DNA of 64,000 nucleotides, taken from the human T2T-CHM13v2.0 reference genome, Homo sapiens. Below the pieces are notes generated by a model. It had not been told where the DNA came from. It saw only the letters and a program-made list of their open reading frames with translations, and made no database searches. The translations under genes and the position numbers were made by a program. Positions 1 to 14,704 of this stretch are shown one piece after another. The DNA lies in NCBI RefSeq assembly GCF_009914755.1, contig NC_060948.1, one strand, 5' to 3'. Each line of letters starts with the position of its first letter. Position 1 is the stretch's first letter.

Positions 1-9
1 TGCATAAAA

Positions 10-318
10 CTGGGTGGGCATTTTGGTTCACACCTGGAATCCCAGCATTTTGAGAGGCTGAGGGGGGTGAATCACTTGAGGACAGGAATTCGAGCCCAGT
101 CTGAGCAAACATTGTGAAACCTGGTCTCTAATAAAAATACAGAAACAAAAAGGTAGCCAGGATTGATCAGGATTGATGTCATATGCCTACAGTTGCAGCT
201 ACTCAGGAGGGTGTGACTGGAGAATTGCTTGAACCTGGCATGGGGAGGTTGCAGTGAGCCAAGATCATGCCACTGAACTCCACCCTAGATGACAGAGCAG
301 GATTCCATCTAAAAAAAT
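10..318 (+). mobile_element. Old, diverged Alu (AluJ/S-like)
   Basis: Dimeric Alu motifs (aatcccagcattttgagaggctgagg ... ggaggttgcagtgagccaagatcatgccactg) followed by an A tail; heavy CpG loss. Confidence 0.85.
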
Positions 319-419
319 ATCAAAGAGAGAAACAGAGATAGAGAAAAAAGAAAGGCGGGCGAGGGGAAAGATAGAGGGAGTGGGGATGGAGTGGGGAGGG
401 ATGGGGGAGAGAGTGAGAG

Positions 420-485
420 AAAATGGAAGAAAAGAAGGAAGGAAGGATGGAAGGAAGGAAGGATGGAAGGAAGGAAGGAAGGGGA
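420..485 (+). repeat. (GGAA)n purine-rich microsatellite
   Basis: Visible ggaaggaaggaaggatggaaggaagg runs. Confidence 0.9.
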
Positions 486-940
486 GAAAAGAAAAACAGA
501 ATGAATGGCATAAAACCCAAAGGAAATAAATAAAAATAAAAACTTGCCATTTTGCCCCTTATCCACATGAATTTTGAACTATGTTTAAAATAGTATTTAG
601 GTCTCTAATGGACTAATTGAAACTTTAAAATAAGCTGGTGTATATTGTCAAAATTACTCACATAACTATGGTGTTAACTAAGATTCTTGTAGTTTTCAAC
701 AACGAAATCTAATTGACATTTGTCATCAAATCACAAACTACCAAGGTCAGGGTAGTCTCTGTTATGCTGCCTAAACTATTCTAAATTAAAAATGAAATCA
801 AATCTGCAAGAGATTTTATAGTTACCTTTACCAGTAAAGACTCTTTTAAGTTTCCTGACTTGCGGAGGATTTTATTTCCACAGTTTTGATGGCTCTGGCA
901 GAAAGCCTTCTTGATCCAAACTCACCCCTTATCATCACAG

Positions 941-968
<28 letters not shown>
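941..968. repeat. (TA)n microsatellite
   Basis: Perfect tatatata run. Confidence 0.95.
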
Positions 969-972
<4 letters not shown>

Positions 973-1639
973 CAGGGATTAAGGGGAAAGAGCATCAAAA
1001 CCCATTGCTTTCCTGCACTGGTTCCCATGTACAAGCAAATGTGCTGTGTTACTATCAAATATTCAAATATTTGATGAAGGAAATTTGTGTTTCCAAACTG
1101 TAAAACAAAAATATTACTATCAGTTGTATTTTCACTATTTATTTACTTAGAGGCGGGGTCTTGCTCTGCCACCAGGCTGAATCACACATCACTGTAATAT
1201 CAGACTTTTGGGCTCATAGGCTCCTCCAACATCAGCCTCCCAAAGTACTGAGATTACAGACTTGGGCCATTTTACCCAGCCTCAAGTTTAGAGATAAAGG
1301 CTAAGGAATATATTGTAAACCATATAAATAAACATAATTGCAGGTTCTCTAGAGAGCTGTAAGAAACCACTGAAAAATTGCCATTGTGGACAAGGCTGCT
1401 GGCGACAATGTAATGAAAGCAAAGGAGTGGGTCCTTCCCCAGTGAGCCTTTAGATGATACCAGAGGCCGACTTGGCATTTCCACTGCAGCTTTTTGAGAG
1501 ACATGAAACCTAGATGTATGCAGTTTTTTTTTGTTTGCTTGTGTTTGTTTTTTATTTTGTGTGTGTGTGCATGTGTGTGTGTGTAAGCATGCATACATAA
1601 CCAGTTGAACAAACTAGGGTCACCCACACAATGGAATAT

Positions 1640-3020
1640 GATGCAGCTTTTTGTAGATCTTGTAGAATTCATCCTGAATCTATCAGTTCTTGTTTTTTTA
1701 TTTTTTTTGGCTGGTAGGTTACTTATTAGTAATAATTCCATGTCAGAAATTGAAATTGGACAGGCTGGAGCTGAGACTGGGTCCACTTAGATTCTGTTGT
1801 GGAACAGAGAATGGCATGCTTGTAATTTTGGTTGTGATGGTTACTGGAAGGTCTCTGAACAGATGGGCTAGTTCTGCCTGCAGCAAGAGAGCCTGGGGCT
1901 GACAATCAGCTCCCTTGACATCTGCTGTTGAACAGATCATTTAGAGCCTGGTCTCTGCTAAGAAAGTTGCATATTGCCCAGAAAGTTTCTCAAAGATATG
2001 GTTCCTTGACTAAAGTGGAAGGGCCAGAGCTGAGAGTGGGTCTTCCCCATAGTGGGCAGAGGCTGGAGAGTCTAGATTCATTTTCTGCCGGACAGAGCAT
2101 GGATAGACTACATTCATTGGCTCAGGTAGGCATGTTCCCCAGCACCATAGTTGCTTCCCAGTAGCACTGGGGGGGTCTGGAGATGAGACTGGGATTCTCT
2201 GTTTCTCAATAAGTCACATGCTCTAGAGATTCTAATCCAGTGATTTCCATTAGATATATCAGAAGTGATCTTCCTTCCAGGGGTACCAAGCCTTATTATA
2301 AAACTACTTGCCCACTGGGTCCAGGTGGGGCCAGAAACTTCATCCTTAACCACTAAGTTACCTCTGCTTTTCAGCCTGGGGATGGGTGGAGCACACAGGG
2401 CTAGGATGGTCAAAAGTATGGAACCTGGGATTGGGTGGGGTAACATGCCCCTTCCAATGTTTAATCACCAAGCTACCAAGCTACCTGTTTGTCACAGCTT
2501 TGGAAGTTTTGCAAATAAAACCAGGATGGGATTGGGCAATTGGCCAGTGATTTGAGCCTGGTAGACCCATCAACCATGTTTGGTTACTGCAGAATGATAC
2601 TGTTGCCTAGTTTGTCTGATGGTGCACGTCTGCTGGCTGGAATGCAAAGCTACAAGTAAGATTACTGTTACAGTCACTGTGAGCCCCATCCATGTACTTT
2701 GTTTCTAACTGAACCCAGTTGTCTGATAACCCCAATATTTCCCACAGGGTAAGACTAGAGAGAAAATCATGTGAAGAATTGCAAAATGGAAAAGAAAAGT
2801 CACCTTCAACTCTCTCCTCTGTGAAGAAACTGTGAGTCCAGGGAAATTTTTTGTATGCAACACTGTGCTGGCCTGGGGAGGAGAAAAAGCATCAAATTAA
2901 AACTGTTCTTTTATCCTGTGTGTGTGGCTATTCTCAGATCCACAGTTGAAAAATGTGTCATATATTCAATCCCAAGTTATAGAATTATTCACTAAGGTGT
3001 CCTTATCTAACAATAGTGTT
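1640..3020 (-). mobile_element. Old L1 fragments (L1M-type)
   Basis: 1640-1760 resembles antisense L1 ORF2 (gtagaattc...ttttttggctggtagg). The remainder resembles antisense L1M 5' sequence. Boundaries uncertain. Confidence 0.45.
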
Positions 3021-3154
3021 TTTTTTTGTTTTTTTTTTTTTGTTTTTTTTTTTTTTTTTTTTGTGGAGAGGGTGGGAATTGGCAGAATCACAGAATGCCT
3101 ATTCTGGCACATCGGACCCTAGAAACAGACAAGTTAAAATAGAAGACTGGTATA

Positions 3155-3462
3155 GGCTGAGCACAGTGGCTCACGCCTGTAACCCCAGCAGTTTGGGAGG
3201 CCAAGGCAGGCATATCCCGTGGTCAGGAGGTCGAGACCATCCTGGCTAACATGGTGAAATCCCCTCTCTGTTAAACACACACACAAAAAAAAAAAAAGAA
3301 ATAGTCAGGCCTGGTGGCACGTGCCTATAGTCCCAGCTACTCTGAAGGTTCAGGCAGGAGTATCACCTAAACCTGGGAGGTGGAAGTCAAAGTGAGCTGA
3401 GATCACACCACTGCACACCAACCTGGGTGACAGAGTGAGACTCGATCTCAAAAAAAAAAAAA
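3155..3462 (+). mobile_element. Alu (AluS-like)
   Basis: ggctgagcacagtggctcacgcctgtaa ... gacagagtgagactc plus poly-A. Confidence 0.92.
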
Positions 3463-3659
3463 TACTGGTCCTAATGGAGGAGTTTAAAAGGTTAGAGTGC
3501 TTCCATGGAGAAGCTAAAAGCTAGAGGAAGCCAAGGGCTGGATTTAAGGAAGAGCTCACGGGACCATTGAAAACCACCTCTTTGTTCTCTATGGAATGCA
3601 GGAAATAGTGAATGCTGATCTCCACTGCTTACTGATATAGGCAAGTTATCAGCCAGAGA

Positions 3660-4095
3660 AACATAGTCTGTTTGTGTTCCTATAAAAGAATATGAGACTG
3701 GAAAATTTATAAAGAAAAGAGCTTTCATTGTCTCCTGGTTCTTCAGGCTGTAAAAGATATGTGGTGCCAGCATCCACATCTGGTGAGAGGTTTCTGAGGC
3801 TTCCACTCAGTACAGAAGGAAAAAGGAAAACAGGCATGTCACATGTAGAGAGAGCAAGAGAGAGAAGGGGAGAAGGTATCAGCCTTTTTTCAACAACCTG
3901 TTTGGATGTAAGCTCCACTGTGGGAATCAATACAGTGGAAGACTCAATTATTAACCATGGCAAGGGCGCCAAGCCATTTATGAGGGATCCAGCCCCATGA
4001 CACAAACAAACACCCCCCACTATGCGCCATTTACAGTGTGGAGGACCACATTTCAGCCTAAGGCTTGGAGGGACAAATGTCCAAACTATATCAAT
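3660..4095. mobile_element. MaLR LTR (MST family)
   Basis: tagtctgtttgtgttcctataaaagaata...aatttataaagaaaagag at one end and ggagggacaaatgtccaaactatatca at the other are typical MST termini. Confidence 0.8.
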
Positions 4096-4419
4096 AGGCA
4101 AGTTTAAAAATCATGCAGAGTTATTGTAAAACAATCTCTTTTTTTTTCTTTTTAGAATCCTGGGACTACAAAAAACTGTGCTTCATTAGCTTCCAGAGAA
4201 GTCAGGGCCATAATTGGGTAGTTTTGGTACTACCAAAATTTGGTAATTTTACTTCTTGGAAGTAAAATTTAGAAGCTCTGTTTATTGCTAGAGTGAGTGA
4301 TGATGAAGACTGAAGAGAAATGCATATGTGCATGCTCTCAGAGGACCTTGACAGATCCAAAAGTCAGGAGGATTAGAAGCAAGATACCTGGGCAGAAGCT
4401 ATAAAAGTCAAGATATGGC

Positions 4420-5312
<893 letters not shown>

Positions 5313-6116
5313 GAAGTCAAGGCGTTAGATGTACAATCTAAGTTCTTCAAGGTACAAAGTGGGAACTGAGCTTTCTTGACTGCTTGAGATCCAGTAAGTG
5401 AGGAGGAAACAGTTTCAGAAGTGTTTGAATGTATATTTAAATCCCTCTTTTATTTTGGAGGTCCTAAGAGAGTTATGAATGCCAATCTGTGTTAGAATTC
5501 AGAGATAGGCAAGTTAGGAATCATTTCGTTGAGAAGCAGCTGTTAACAGATGGGGCATTACATAGGTGGTTTAGTACTTCAGTCCTCTGAGAGAAGCTGT
5601 GAAATAACAGTTCCCTGCTGATTCTAGGGCACTGGGTCAGACATAAACCCTAGAACAAGATCAGAATTCAGTTTTTCTTACCTCTTTTAAAGTGAGTATT
5701 TTCATAATTGTATGTGCAAGAGTATCCCAACTTCTTTCTGAGTTTATCTCATAGGGAATTGATGTGGGTGTGGCTTTTTATTTGTTGCATTTGTGGATGA
5801 AGGAACAAATTAGAGCCTCCTATTTTATCACCTTGTTGGAGATACCCTTTTTATTTACTTTTTACTTATTTAAAAAAATGTGTACATAACAATTGCAGAT
5901 ACTTTTGGCATACATGCTATATTTTGATACAAGTAACGTAAACTGGTAAGGAAGGGATCAAAGAGGGGTTGGGGTGGGTTCAATTATGGTTGCTTAGAAG
6001 GAATAAGATCTAGTGTTCAGTGGCACAGGATGAGAATACTTAGTAACGATTTATTGTATATCTCAAAACAATTAAAAGAGCAAAGGTGGAATGGCGCTAA
6101 CACCAAGAAATGACAT

Positions 6117-6423
6117 GCCAGACTCAGAGGCTCACAGCTATAATCACAACACTTTGGGAGGCCAAGGAAGGAGGATCAGTTAAACCTGGAAGTTTGAGAC
6201 CAGCCTGAACAACATATCCAAAGCATTGTCCCTACCACACACACACAAACACAAAAGCTGGGCACGGTGGTTGGTGTGTGTCTGTAATTCCAGCTACTTG
6301 GGAGGCTGAAATGGAAGGCTTGCACATTTGAACCCCGTGTTCAAGGCTGCAGTGAGCTATGATGGTGCCACTGCAGTCTAGGCTGGACAACAGTGTGAGA
6401 CCTTGTCTCTAAAAAAGAAAAAA
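6117..6423 (+). mobile_element. AluJ-like element
   Basis: ttcaaggctgcagtgagctatgatggtgccactgca is AluJ-type. Confidence 0.85.
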
Positions 6424-6491
6424 GAATCGACAAGTGCTTCAACTGAAGGATACCCTATTTATTATTTATATATTTGTTGATTGATATAATT

Positions 6492-6783
6492 ATTTTTGAG
6501 ATGGAGTCTCTCTCTGTCACCCAGGCTAACGTGCATGGTGCAACATTGGCTCACTACAGCTTCAGGTTCCCAAGTTCAAACAATTCTCCTGCCTGAACCT
6601 CCCAATTAACTGTAACATACTACAGGTATGCACCACCACACCTGGCTAATTTTTGTATTTTTGGTAAAAATAGGGTTTCATGGTGTTGGCCAGCCTGGTT
6701 TTCAACTCCTGATCTAAAGTGATCTGCAAGCCTTGGCCTCCCCAAGTGTTGGCATTAAAGACCTGAGCCATCACACCTGGACA
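6492..6783 (-). mobile_element. Alu (antisense)
   Basis: tttttgagatggagtctctctctgtcacccaggct... Confidence 0.88.
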
Positions 6784-7262
6784 GTAAGATAGCCAAGACC
6801 AGGGAGTTTTATCTTTTCACTTCATCCTCACAATCCTATGTTACAGGTAAATGAAAACACAACTTCATAAATGAATAACTCACTTGAAAATCAACGTTTG
6901 TAACTTTCCCTTTAAAATTATTTACACCCTTACCCTAAAAAAGTGATGATCTTCTCTAAATTTTCTCAAGAAAATACTTCCTTCTTGTAGATTAGTCTGT
7001 TAATTATAAGAATCATAGACTGTGAAACTTCTGGAACTACATGTATTTCTGGAACTTCATGAAAACACATGAATTAACCAGGACAATTAATTAGTTTAGT
7101 TATTTAGGTCCAAATCTTTTTATTTTTATCATTTGATGATTTCTTATACCTTTAAGCAATCTCATCTGAAACTTTATGCTGTTGTTTATGTTTTATACAC
7201 TTCACTTTCCCAAAAGTACGAGGTTTAAGTGTTTCCATTCATATCATCAATTAAATCTGATA

Positions 7263-7548
7263 GGCTGAGAGTGGTGGCTCACGCCTGTAATCTTAGCACT
7301 TTGGGAGTCCAACTAGGGTGGATTAGGATTTTAAGACCAGCCTGGCAAACATGGTGAAACACTGTCTGTACTAAAAATACACAAAATTAGCCAGCTGTGG
7401 TTGCACACATATCTAATACCAGTTACTCAGGATGCTGATGCAGGAGAATAGCTTAGACTTAGAAGGCGGAGGTTGCAGTAAGCCAAGATGGAGCCACTGC
7501 ACCCTAGCTTGGGCAACAAAGCTACGCTCCATCTAAAAAAAAAAAAAT
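7263..7548 (+). mobile_element. Alu (AluS-like)
   Basis: ggctgagagtggtggctcacgcctgtaatc ... poly-A. Confidence 0.88.
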
Positions 7549-9627
7549 AGGTAAAATCCCAACCATTCTAGATTTTTCCCATTTGTAAGAACTTATTACT
7601 AAACCATTACTTACAACAACCATTGTCAAAACTTTCATGAAAAAATTAACATGAGTACCTCCCAAGACAAAACACTTACTTTCCACTATTTAAACTAGGA
7701 ACATTTAATTTCATTATGCTATGCACTTGAGAAACTTAGCTGGTTCACTTTTGATTTAGGTAAAAAAGAATTTTCATTACTATTATCCTCCTTCAGTCAC
7801 AGAATGCTGCAAGTAGAATGTTCCAGATATCTTAAACTTTAGTATCAACCGCATCTAATTATTTCCTTTCACCTACACTATTCCTCTAAAAATAAACGTT
7901 TTATTGTGAGACAGATAGTTTTGTAGTCTTTCTGAAAACTTCTCAAACATTTTAAGCTTGTACGTTTTTAAAGAGAAACAGCCTAATTAGAAAACTTGTG
8001 CAGCTTGCAAGAAGACATAACATATGCCTAATTTTGTATCTATTCATGTTAAAAGAAACAAAGGAAAATATTCAACAACACAATTTACTCTCCTACTGAA
8101 TTTGTTTTTAAGCATGTGCAGCTAAGCAATAACACCAGCCATTTTGCATTGTAAAATTTTATTCTGAAAATTTTAATGTAGATATTACATCTAAACAGAT
8201 AGTTTTCAAATAGCATTAACAAGTAGGAAATTAATTTGAAAAAAAAATCCTTTTCCTTTGAATACTTCAAAAAATTCATGGGGGAAGTTAGTATCTACCT
8301 CTCTCCACAAAACCAACATGTTTCTTTTAGTAACACGCAGGTAACAATGCAGAAATAACATGTCAATTTTTGATTTGCAAACAAGGTTTGGTATGCAATA
8401 ACTATTATTTTGAATACTTGCTTTAATATCTGCTTCGGTCTCCTTTTTCAGATCAACTTTCCCCATCATCTCCTATAGATGCCACATAACTTGAGCTCCA
8501 TATGCTTCACGAGGAGCAGGGTGCAACCCATCCAGAGAAGATGGATTCCTTTGGTCTTTTCTACCAACATGCTCATGACCACAAGAATCAAAATCACCAC
8601 AGCTCCTTGAGTAACTCTCTGACTTTTGCCATATCTATCTCGTGTATTATTATAATCATGGCGGGTGCTTCCACCATAAGACATCCGAAGCCCTCGTGCA
8701 GGTGGTGCACCATGAGAGGTCCCTGCAGGGTTGATAAAATAATATGTTCGACTACATTTAAACATTTTTACTGCTATCACTAAAGCATGAATTAGTTAAA
8801 GTACTATTTGGAAATGTGTGCTTTCCTCTGCCTTTGTTGATAGGATATTAATTAAGCCTGCAATAGTAGGTCTTATTTAAAAGAAGTGTAAGTATAGTAT
8901 TTTGAAGCTGGACAAGTTTAATTCTAAAGTAAAGGTTGAGTCACATTTTCTAAACTTGAAATGAAGTTCTCACCTTCATATCGTTCCCTATGTTTTATAT
9001 TGTTAAGAATACTCAATATTTAAACACGTTATATTTGTCCTTCCTAACTTTCCTTAGAATTTCATTAAAATAACAATCTGGTCTATTAAATATAATTCTA
9101 TAATTTACAAATCCATCCAGGATCCTTACCATATCTCTGAAATGCATCTCTATAAGAACTTCCACTTAGATGTTCAGAATGATCTCTACCATAGCCCTCA
9201 CCGTAGCCACCACAATCACTAAACTAAAAAAAATAGAAAAGTTTTCTTAATGTCAGAATGAACAATTTAAGAAATCTATTTATTAAAGCCAGATGACGTT
9301 ATAGTACCTACATCCTCTAGAGGAATGTTCATCCCGACTAGAGCGACCATAATCACGATATGCATAGTCTCAAGGTGGTGGAGCATAATCCCTGGTTTCT
9401 CAGGAACTTGGATGATTTCTGTGTGCATAAGTTTAAGCAACCAATTTTGAAATTTCAACTTCTAGTATCCAAAACATCACTAAGTTACAATTAAAACCAA
9501 ATTAAAGGGCCAAACATCTAAATAAATTTCACTCCAAATAAAATAGGCAAATGCCCCAAAATCACATGGAACAGATACTCATAATCAGTGATGCAGAAAA
9601 ATCCATTTCAAATCCAGAATGAGATAC

Positions 9628-10189
9628 TGAGAGGTGACAGCGTACTGGCAGCCCTTGCAGCCTTCGCTGGCTCTCGGTGCCTCCTCGGCCTTGGTGCCCA
9701 CTCTGGCGGCGCTTGAGGAGCCCTTCAGACTGCCGCTGCACTGTGGGAGCTCCTTTCTGGCTGGCCAAGGCTGGAGCCGGCTCCCTCAGCTTGCGGGGAG
9801 GTGTGGAGGAGGGAGAGACGCCGACGGGAACCAGGGCTGTGCTCGGTGCTTGTGGGCCAGAGCGAGTTCCGGGTGGGCGTGGGATCGGTGGACACCGCAC
9901 TGGAGCGGCAGGATGGCCCACAAGCCCCAGGCAGTGAGGGGCTTACCACCTGGGCCAGCAGCTGCTGTGCTCCATTTCTCGCGGGGCCTTAGCTGCCTCC
10001 CCGCAGAGCAGGGCTCGGGACCTGCAGCCGGCCATGCCTGAGCCCACACCCCGGCCCCGCTGCCCTCCCCCTGCCACCCCGGGATCCCCTCCCCCCGCCA
10101 GCCCCGGCTCCCCTCCCCCTGCCCCCCCTCCGCCCTCCCCCTGCCAGAGACCACGAACCCACCAGAAGGAAGAAACTCCGAATACATCC
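9628..10189 (+). mobile_element. LTR12 (ERV9) LTR remnant, internally deleted and 3' truncated
   Basis: Starts tgagaggtgacagcgtactggcagccc (LTR12 5' end); CpG-rich U3; then jumps to gagaccacgaacccaccagaaggaagaaactccgaa (LTR12 3' repeats). Confidence 0.9.
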
Positions 10190-10437
<248 letters not shown>

Positions 10438-10927
10438 CTACACCAATTACCTGCTCTTTTGCTTGAAAACTAGGGGAAAAAAGAAATTATCATAGATTAG
10501 TATACATAAGTCAACATTATCTCCATACGTACCGCAAAGCCATGAACCAAAAGCTATTCTTGGTTTCTACCACAGCTTAAAACACTAATTTATAAGAGTG
10601 ACTACAAATGTACTTTCTGCTATGTGCCAGAAAGTGAGCTAGATGTAACAGAAAGAGAAGCAACTAGCAAGACTTAAATATGCACTATATACAACTTCAC
10701 AATCAATAGATTAATACATGGTACAGTGAGTACAAAATACCTATGTTATGCAATGAGGAAGAAAATATGAAATCTAAGTGGTTTTTGAAGCATAAATTTT
10801 ATTTATGAGACACACACAGGGAAGGATAATTCTCAAGAAGTCTAAAAAAGCACTTTGGGGATAGCGTGAAGACTAACAGGACCTAAAAACAGATTGGGAT
10901 GTTATTTATTATTATTTTTATTTGTTA

Positions 10928-11213
10928 TTTTTTTTAGATGGCGTCTTGCTCTGTCCCTAGCCTGAAGTGTAGTGGCATGATCTTGGCCACTGCAACCTCC
11001 GCCTCCCAGTTTCAAATGATTCCCCTGCCTCAGCCTACTGAGTAGCTGGAACTACAGACACACACCACCATGCATGGCTATTTTTTTTTGTATTTTAGGA
11101 GACGGGTTTTCACCATGTTGGCCATGATGGTTTTGTTCTCCTGACCTCATGATCTGCCCGCCTCAGCCTCTCAAAGTGCTGGGATTACAGGCATGAGCCA
11201 CCACGCCTGGCCT
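10928..11213 (-). mobile_element. Alu (antisense) in RBMY intron
   Basis: ttttagatggcgtcttgctctgtc...gctgggattacaggcatgagccaccacgcctggcc. Confidence 0.9.
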
Positions 11214-13067
11214 GATTGGGATAATGTTACACAGCAAAAAAGCTCTAAAGGGCCCATAATGGAATGATCTTGACTAAAGTGTAAAGGAATTCAATAGTTA
11301 CTTGAATTACATGAAAGTTTAAAGCTTTAGTAAACACACAATCCCAGATTTAAGACTCAGTAGGACAAGAGACCATTTGCTGGATCAAACAAGTCCTCAA
11401 CACACAGGGGAAATGAGTAATTAGGTATTCATGTTACATAAATCACTCTGGTGACAGGAAAAAAAAAATGTCCTTAGGAGAAAAGAGCAAGGATGGGGCA
11501 AAAATGCCAGTTACTTCTGTTATACAACTTCAAAGTTCTCATATTATTTTCTATTTTCAAGTACTTAACACTTCCTTAAATGTAAAGGTCTTATTGAAAT
11601 ATACTTTCTTAAGAATGTGTTTTCAGAAAATGGGAGACAATCTTTCTTTCTTGTGAGTCTGTCTAGATATCTATCCACAGTTTGACTATGCTATAGAAGT
11701 ATTTCCATGAGTTGGAAGTAATTACATTAATGGCATTTAATAAATGTTGACTTATCTCTTTCATTTACATGAGGGTTCCTTATAAGTTTTAAAGCTCTTT
11801 GAAACCTGTGAAAATCTATTTACACTCATATTGGAATACAAACATAGAAAAATGTTACCATATATTAATTTATGTAATGTTAATTCCAATACCCTTCCAA
11901 CTACACTCGCATGTATATAGCACAAAGAAGAGGATGGCTTCATATGGCATTCTACTATCTTCAAAATTTAGTAACATTAAAAAGACCTAGAAATACTGTT
12001 AATTGAAGAACAGAGTTAGAATATTATTAATAAGGGACACTTAACCTTTCCATTCATATCTTTGTCAGCATTCTTAGCATCTGCAGCGTTCTCAAAAGTA
12101 ACAAATGCAAAGGGTCTGGAGATTTGCTGCTTCAATCCTTTATGAAAAGAACTAAAATATATAAAAACATTTTACATTCATATAATGGACTCACCAAGGT
12201 AGTAACCATCTGAAAGTTACATGAAACCAAAAAATAATTGCATTTCACATCACTACTATGATTCTTAATACTAAGTCACCCCTATAGTCAGCCTATTTTT
12301 TCCAATTTGTTCCCTAACTCCATAACACATTTACTTTTTCTCATTTTCCTTTCTAAGTAGTAGGTGATCCTTACCACATACCCTTCACCTGCTGCTATGA
12401 GAATTTTCCAAAAATCAAATAGATACTTCAAGAGTTTAAATTTGATAAGGCATTTTAATGTATGTATAAAATGAACTTTAAAATATATATATATTTTCAA
12501 AATATATGTAACATACATATTTTAAATATACATATTGAAATATATATATATATGAAAATACAAACACACACACACAGTTTTAAGAGTTACCGTCTGATAC
12601 CAGACCATGTTTCACATCTTTTCATTCGTTTTAAGTATCTTTTCATTGGTTTTTCTATGTAGGCCACCAATGAAAAGCTTGCCAAGATGATCTGCTTTTA
12701 CCACTGTTGTGTAAAAGGTAAAAAAATTATCTATACTTAGATAAAAATAAATAAGCTAAAAAGATAAAATTTTATTACACACTGTGTTGAAAACTCAAGT
12801 AAAATTCCCTTTCAAAGGCTGACATCTTTTTAATATTTCTTATTTTCAATATGTAAAATTTGTAACACACAGAGCAAAAGGAGCACTGACTTCGTGAACA
12901 AATGCTGCATTTTAATATGTACCTGACAAAATCTTGTTTCTAAAAATTGGATAAGAAAAGCTATTGTAATTTTCCTAAGTTACAATATGAACGATGCCCT
13001 CATTTAAACAATTTTATTTGAAAACTACATATTTATGAGGTACAGTTTGATGTTTTGTGTATTTTCT

Positions 13068-13338
13068 TTCTTGAGATGTTTATCACCTGTTGCCAAAGTG
13101 CGTGGCTCACTGCAGCCTCCTCCACCCAGCCTCAACTGATCTTTCCACGTCTCATTTTCCCAAGTAGCTGGTACTACAGGGACTTTCTCCCAGAGCTGGG
13201 CAATATTTTTGTCTTTTTTAAAATAGACATGAGTTTCCTCATATTGCCCAAGCTGGTCTCCAAATCCTGCGCTCAAGTGATCTGCCGGCTTAGGACTACC
13301 AAAGTGATGGGATTTCAAGGGTGAACCACCATGACCAG
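13068..13338 (-). mobile_element. AluJ-like (antisense) in RBMY intron 1
   Basis: ggctcactgcagcctcc...ctggtctccaaatcctgcgctcaagtgatc. Confidence 0.8.
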
Positions 13339-14704
13339 CATAATATTTTGATAAAAGATTAAATCAAGCTAATTAAAATATTCTTGGGGAAGAGCATTTT
13401 AAATATTTTACCATATTTTAGTGTTCTGAAATATACAATAAGTCAAGGATCGCTAAACCTGGCCTTCAACCCGTACCTATCTGTGGCCTGAATGTAATGC
13501 CTGAGGATGACCTAAGGTGGTACATTTTCATCTGGAAAACATCCTCTCTATTCCCCCGCTGCCCCACCCTGCCCCTGTGGCAGCCCCGCAGCCCCACCTG
13601 TCCCCTGTCACACTGCTCCCACCAGAAGCCCCGTCCCACCAGTTGCCCCTCGGGGCCCTGCCACCAGCCCCCCACTGCCAAACGTGTCCATCTCTACACC
13701 TTCTTCCCCTGCACAACCCTTGTCTGAGGAAAAATTGTCTTCTACTAAACCAGTCCCTGATGCTAAAATGGCAATAGATTAAAGGAGTCAATTATGTTAC
13801 CAAGGCTGGTCTCCAACTCCTGACCTCAAGCCATACTCCTACCTCCACTTCACAAAATGCTAGAATTACAAGAGTAAGTCAGTGTGCCAGGTTAATGGAT
13901 AGTTAAGCGCATCTATTTTGTTCCCATTGTAGGCTATCTAACTCCATTTATCTCGATTATGCCCACTTATTCACTTTACGTTATTTACCGTGCTAGAGAC
14001 ATATGAAACATGTTTCAAATACTGTCATACAAGGAAGGAGACAATTACAGGCTTTACAGAGGCAAATTTAAACTGAGATTATTTATGGCCCCAGACTTCT
14101 ATATACACTGAAGTAACACAATTTATGTCAAAATTTGATAATTCCTGCCAAGCAAATCAGACATGTGACATGTGCTGACTAAAAGTATAAGTTTTTAATC
14201 ACAGTGGTTAAGTATATTGCCTGTATTTTGAATTATGACCACACTTACAGAGAAAAACTGCTTTAATAAAAAGTGCATATGAAAACAATGGCGCCTTAGC
14301 ACCATCTTCCACAACTTGCCCACATGTCGTACATGTCCGACAGCTAAAGGTAGAATCCTCAAGAAAAATCAATGAGTTTAACAAAAATGAGTTTCTTAAT
14401 AGCACTTAAGTGTTCTCTCCCCACTGTCTCCTCTCATAATTCGACACTCACACATAGAAAACCCATCCCCTTTTACAGATAAAATCCCAAACCTTTGCTT
14501 TCTATTCTTGCCGAAAGCAAACCTGTCCAGAGAAAAAGAAATTACAGGTGCTTTTCAGTAAGACAAACAACCTGAGGGTTGCCCGGCCCTCAGGTCACAT
14601 GCATCTGGCTTTGGGTCACCACAAGGCCAACTGCGGGAAGGACACCTGGAGCTGGCCTGAGCTGGAAGGACACTAGAAGCCATGCCCGGAAATCCCACCT
14701 ACTT

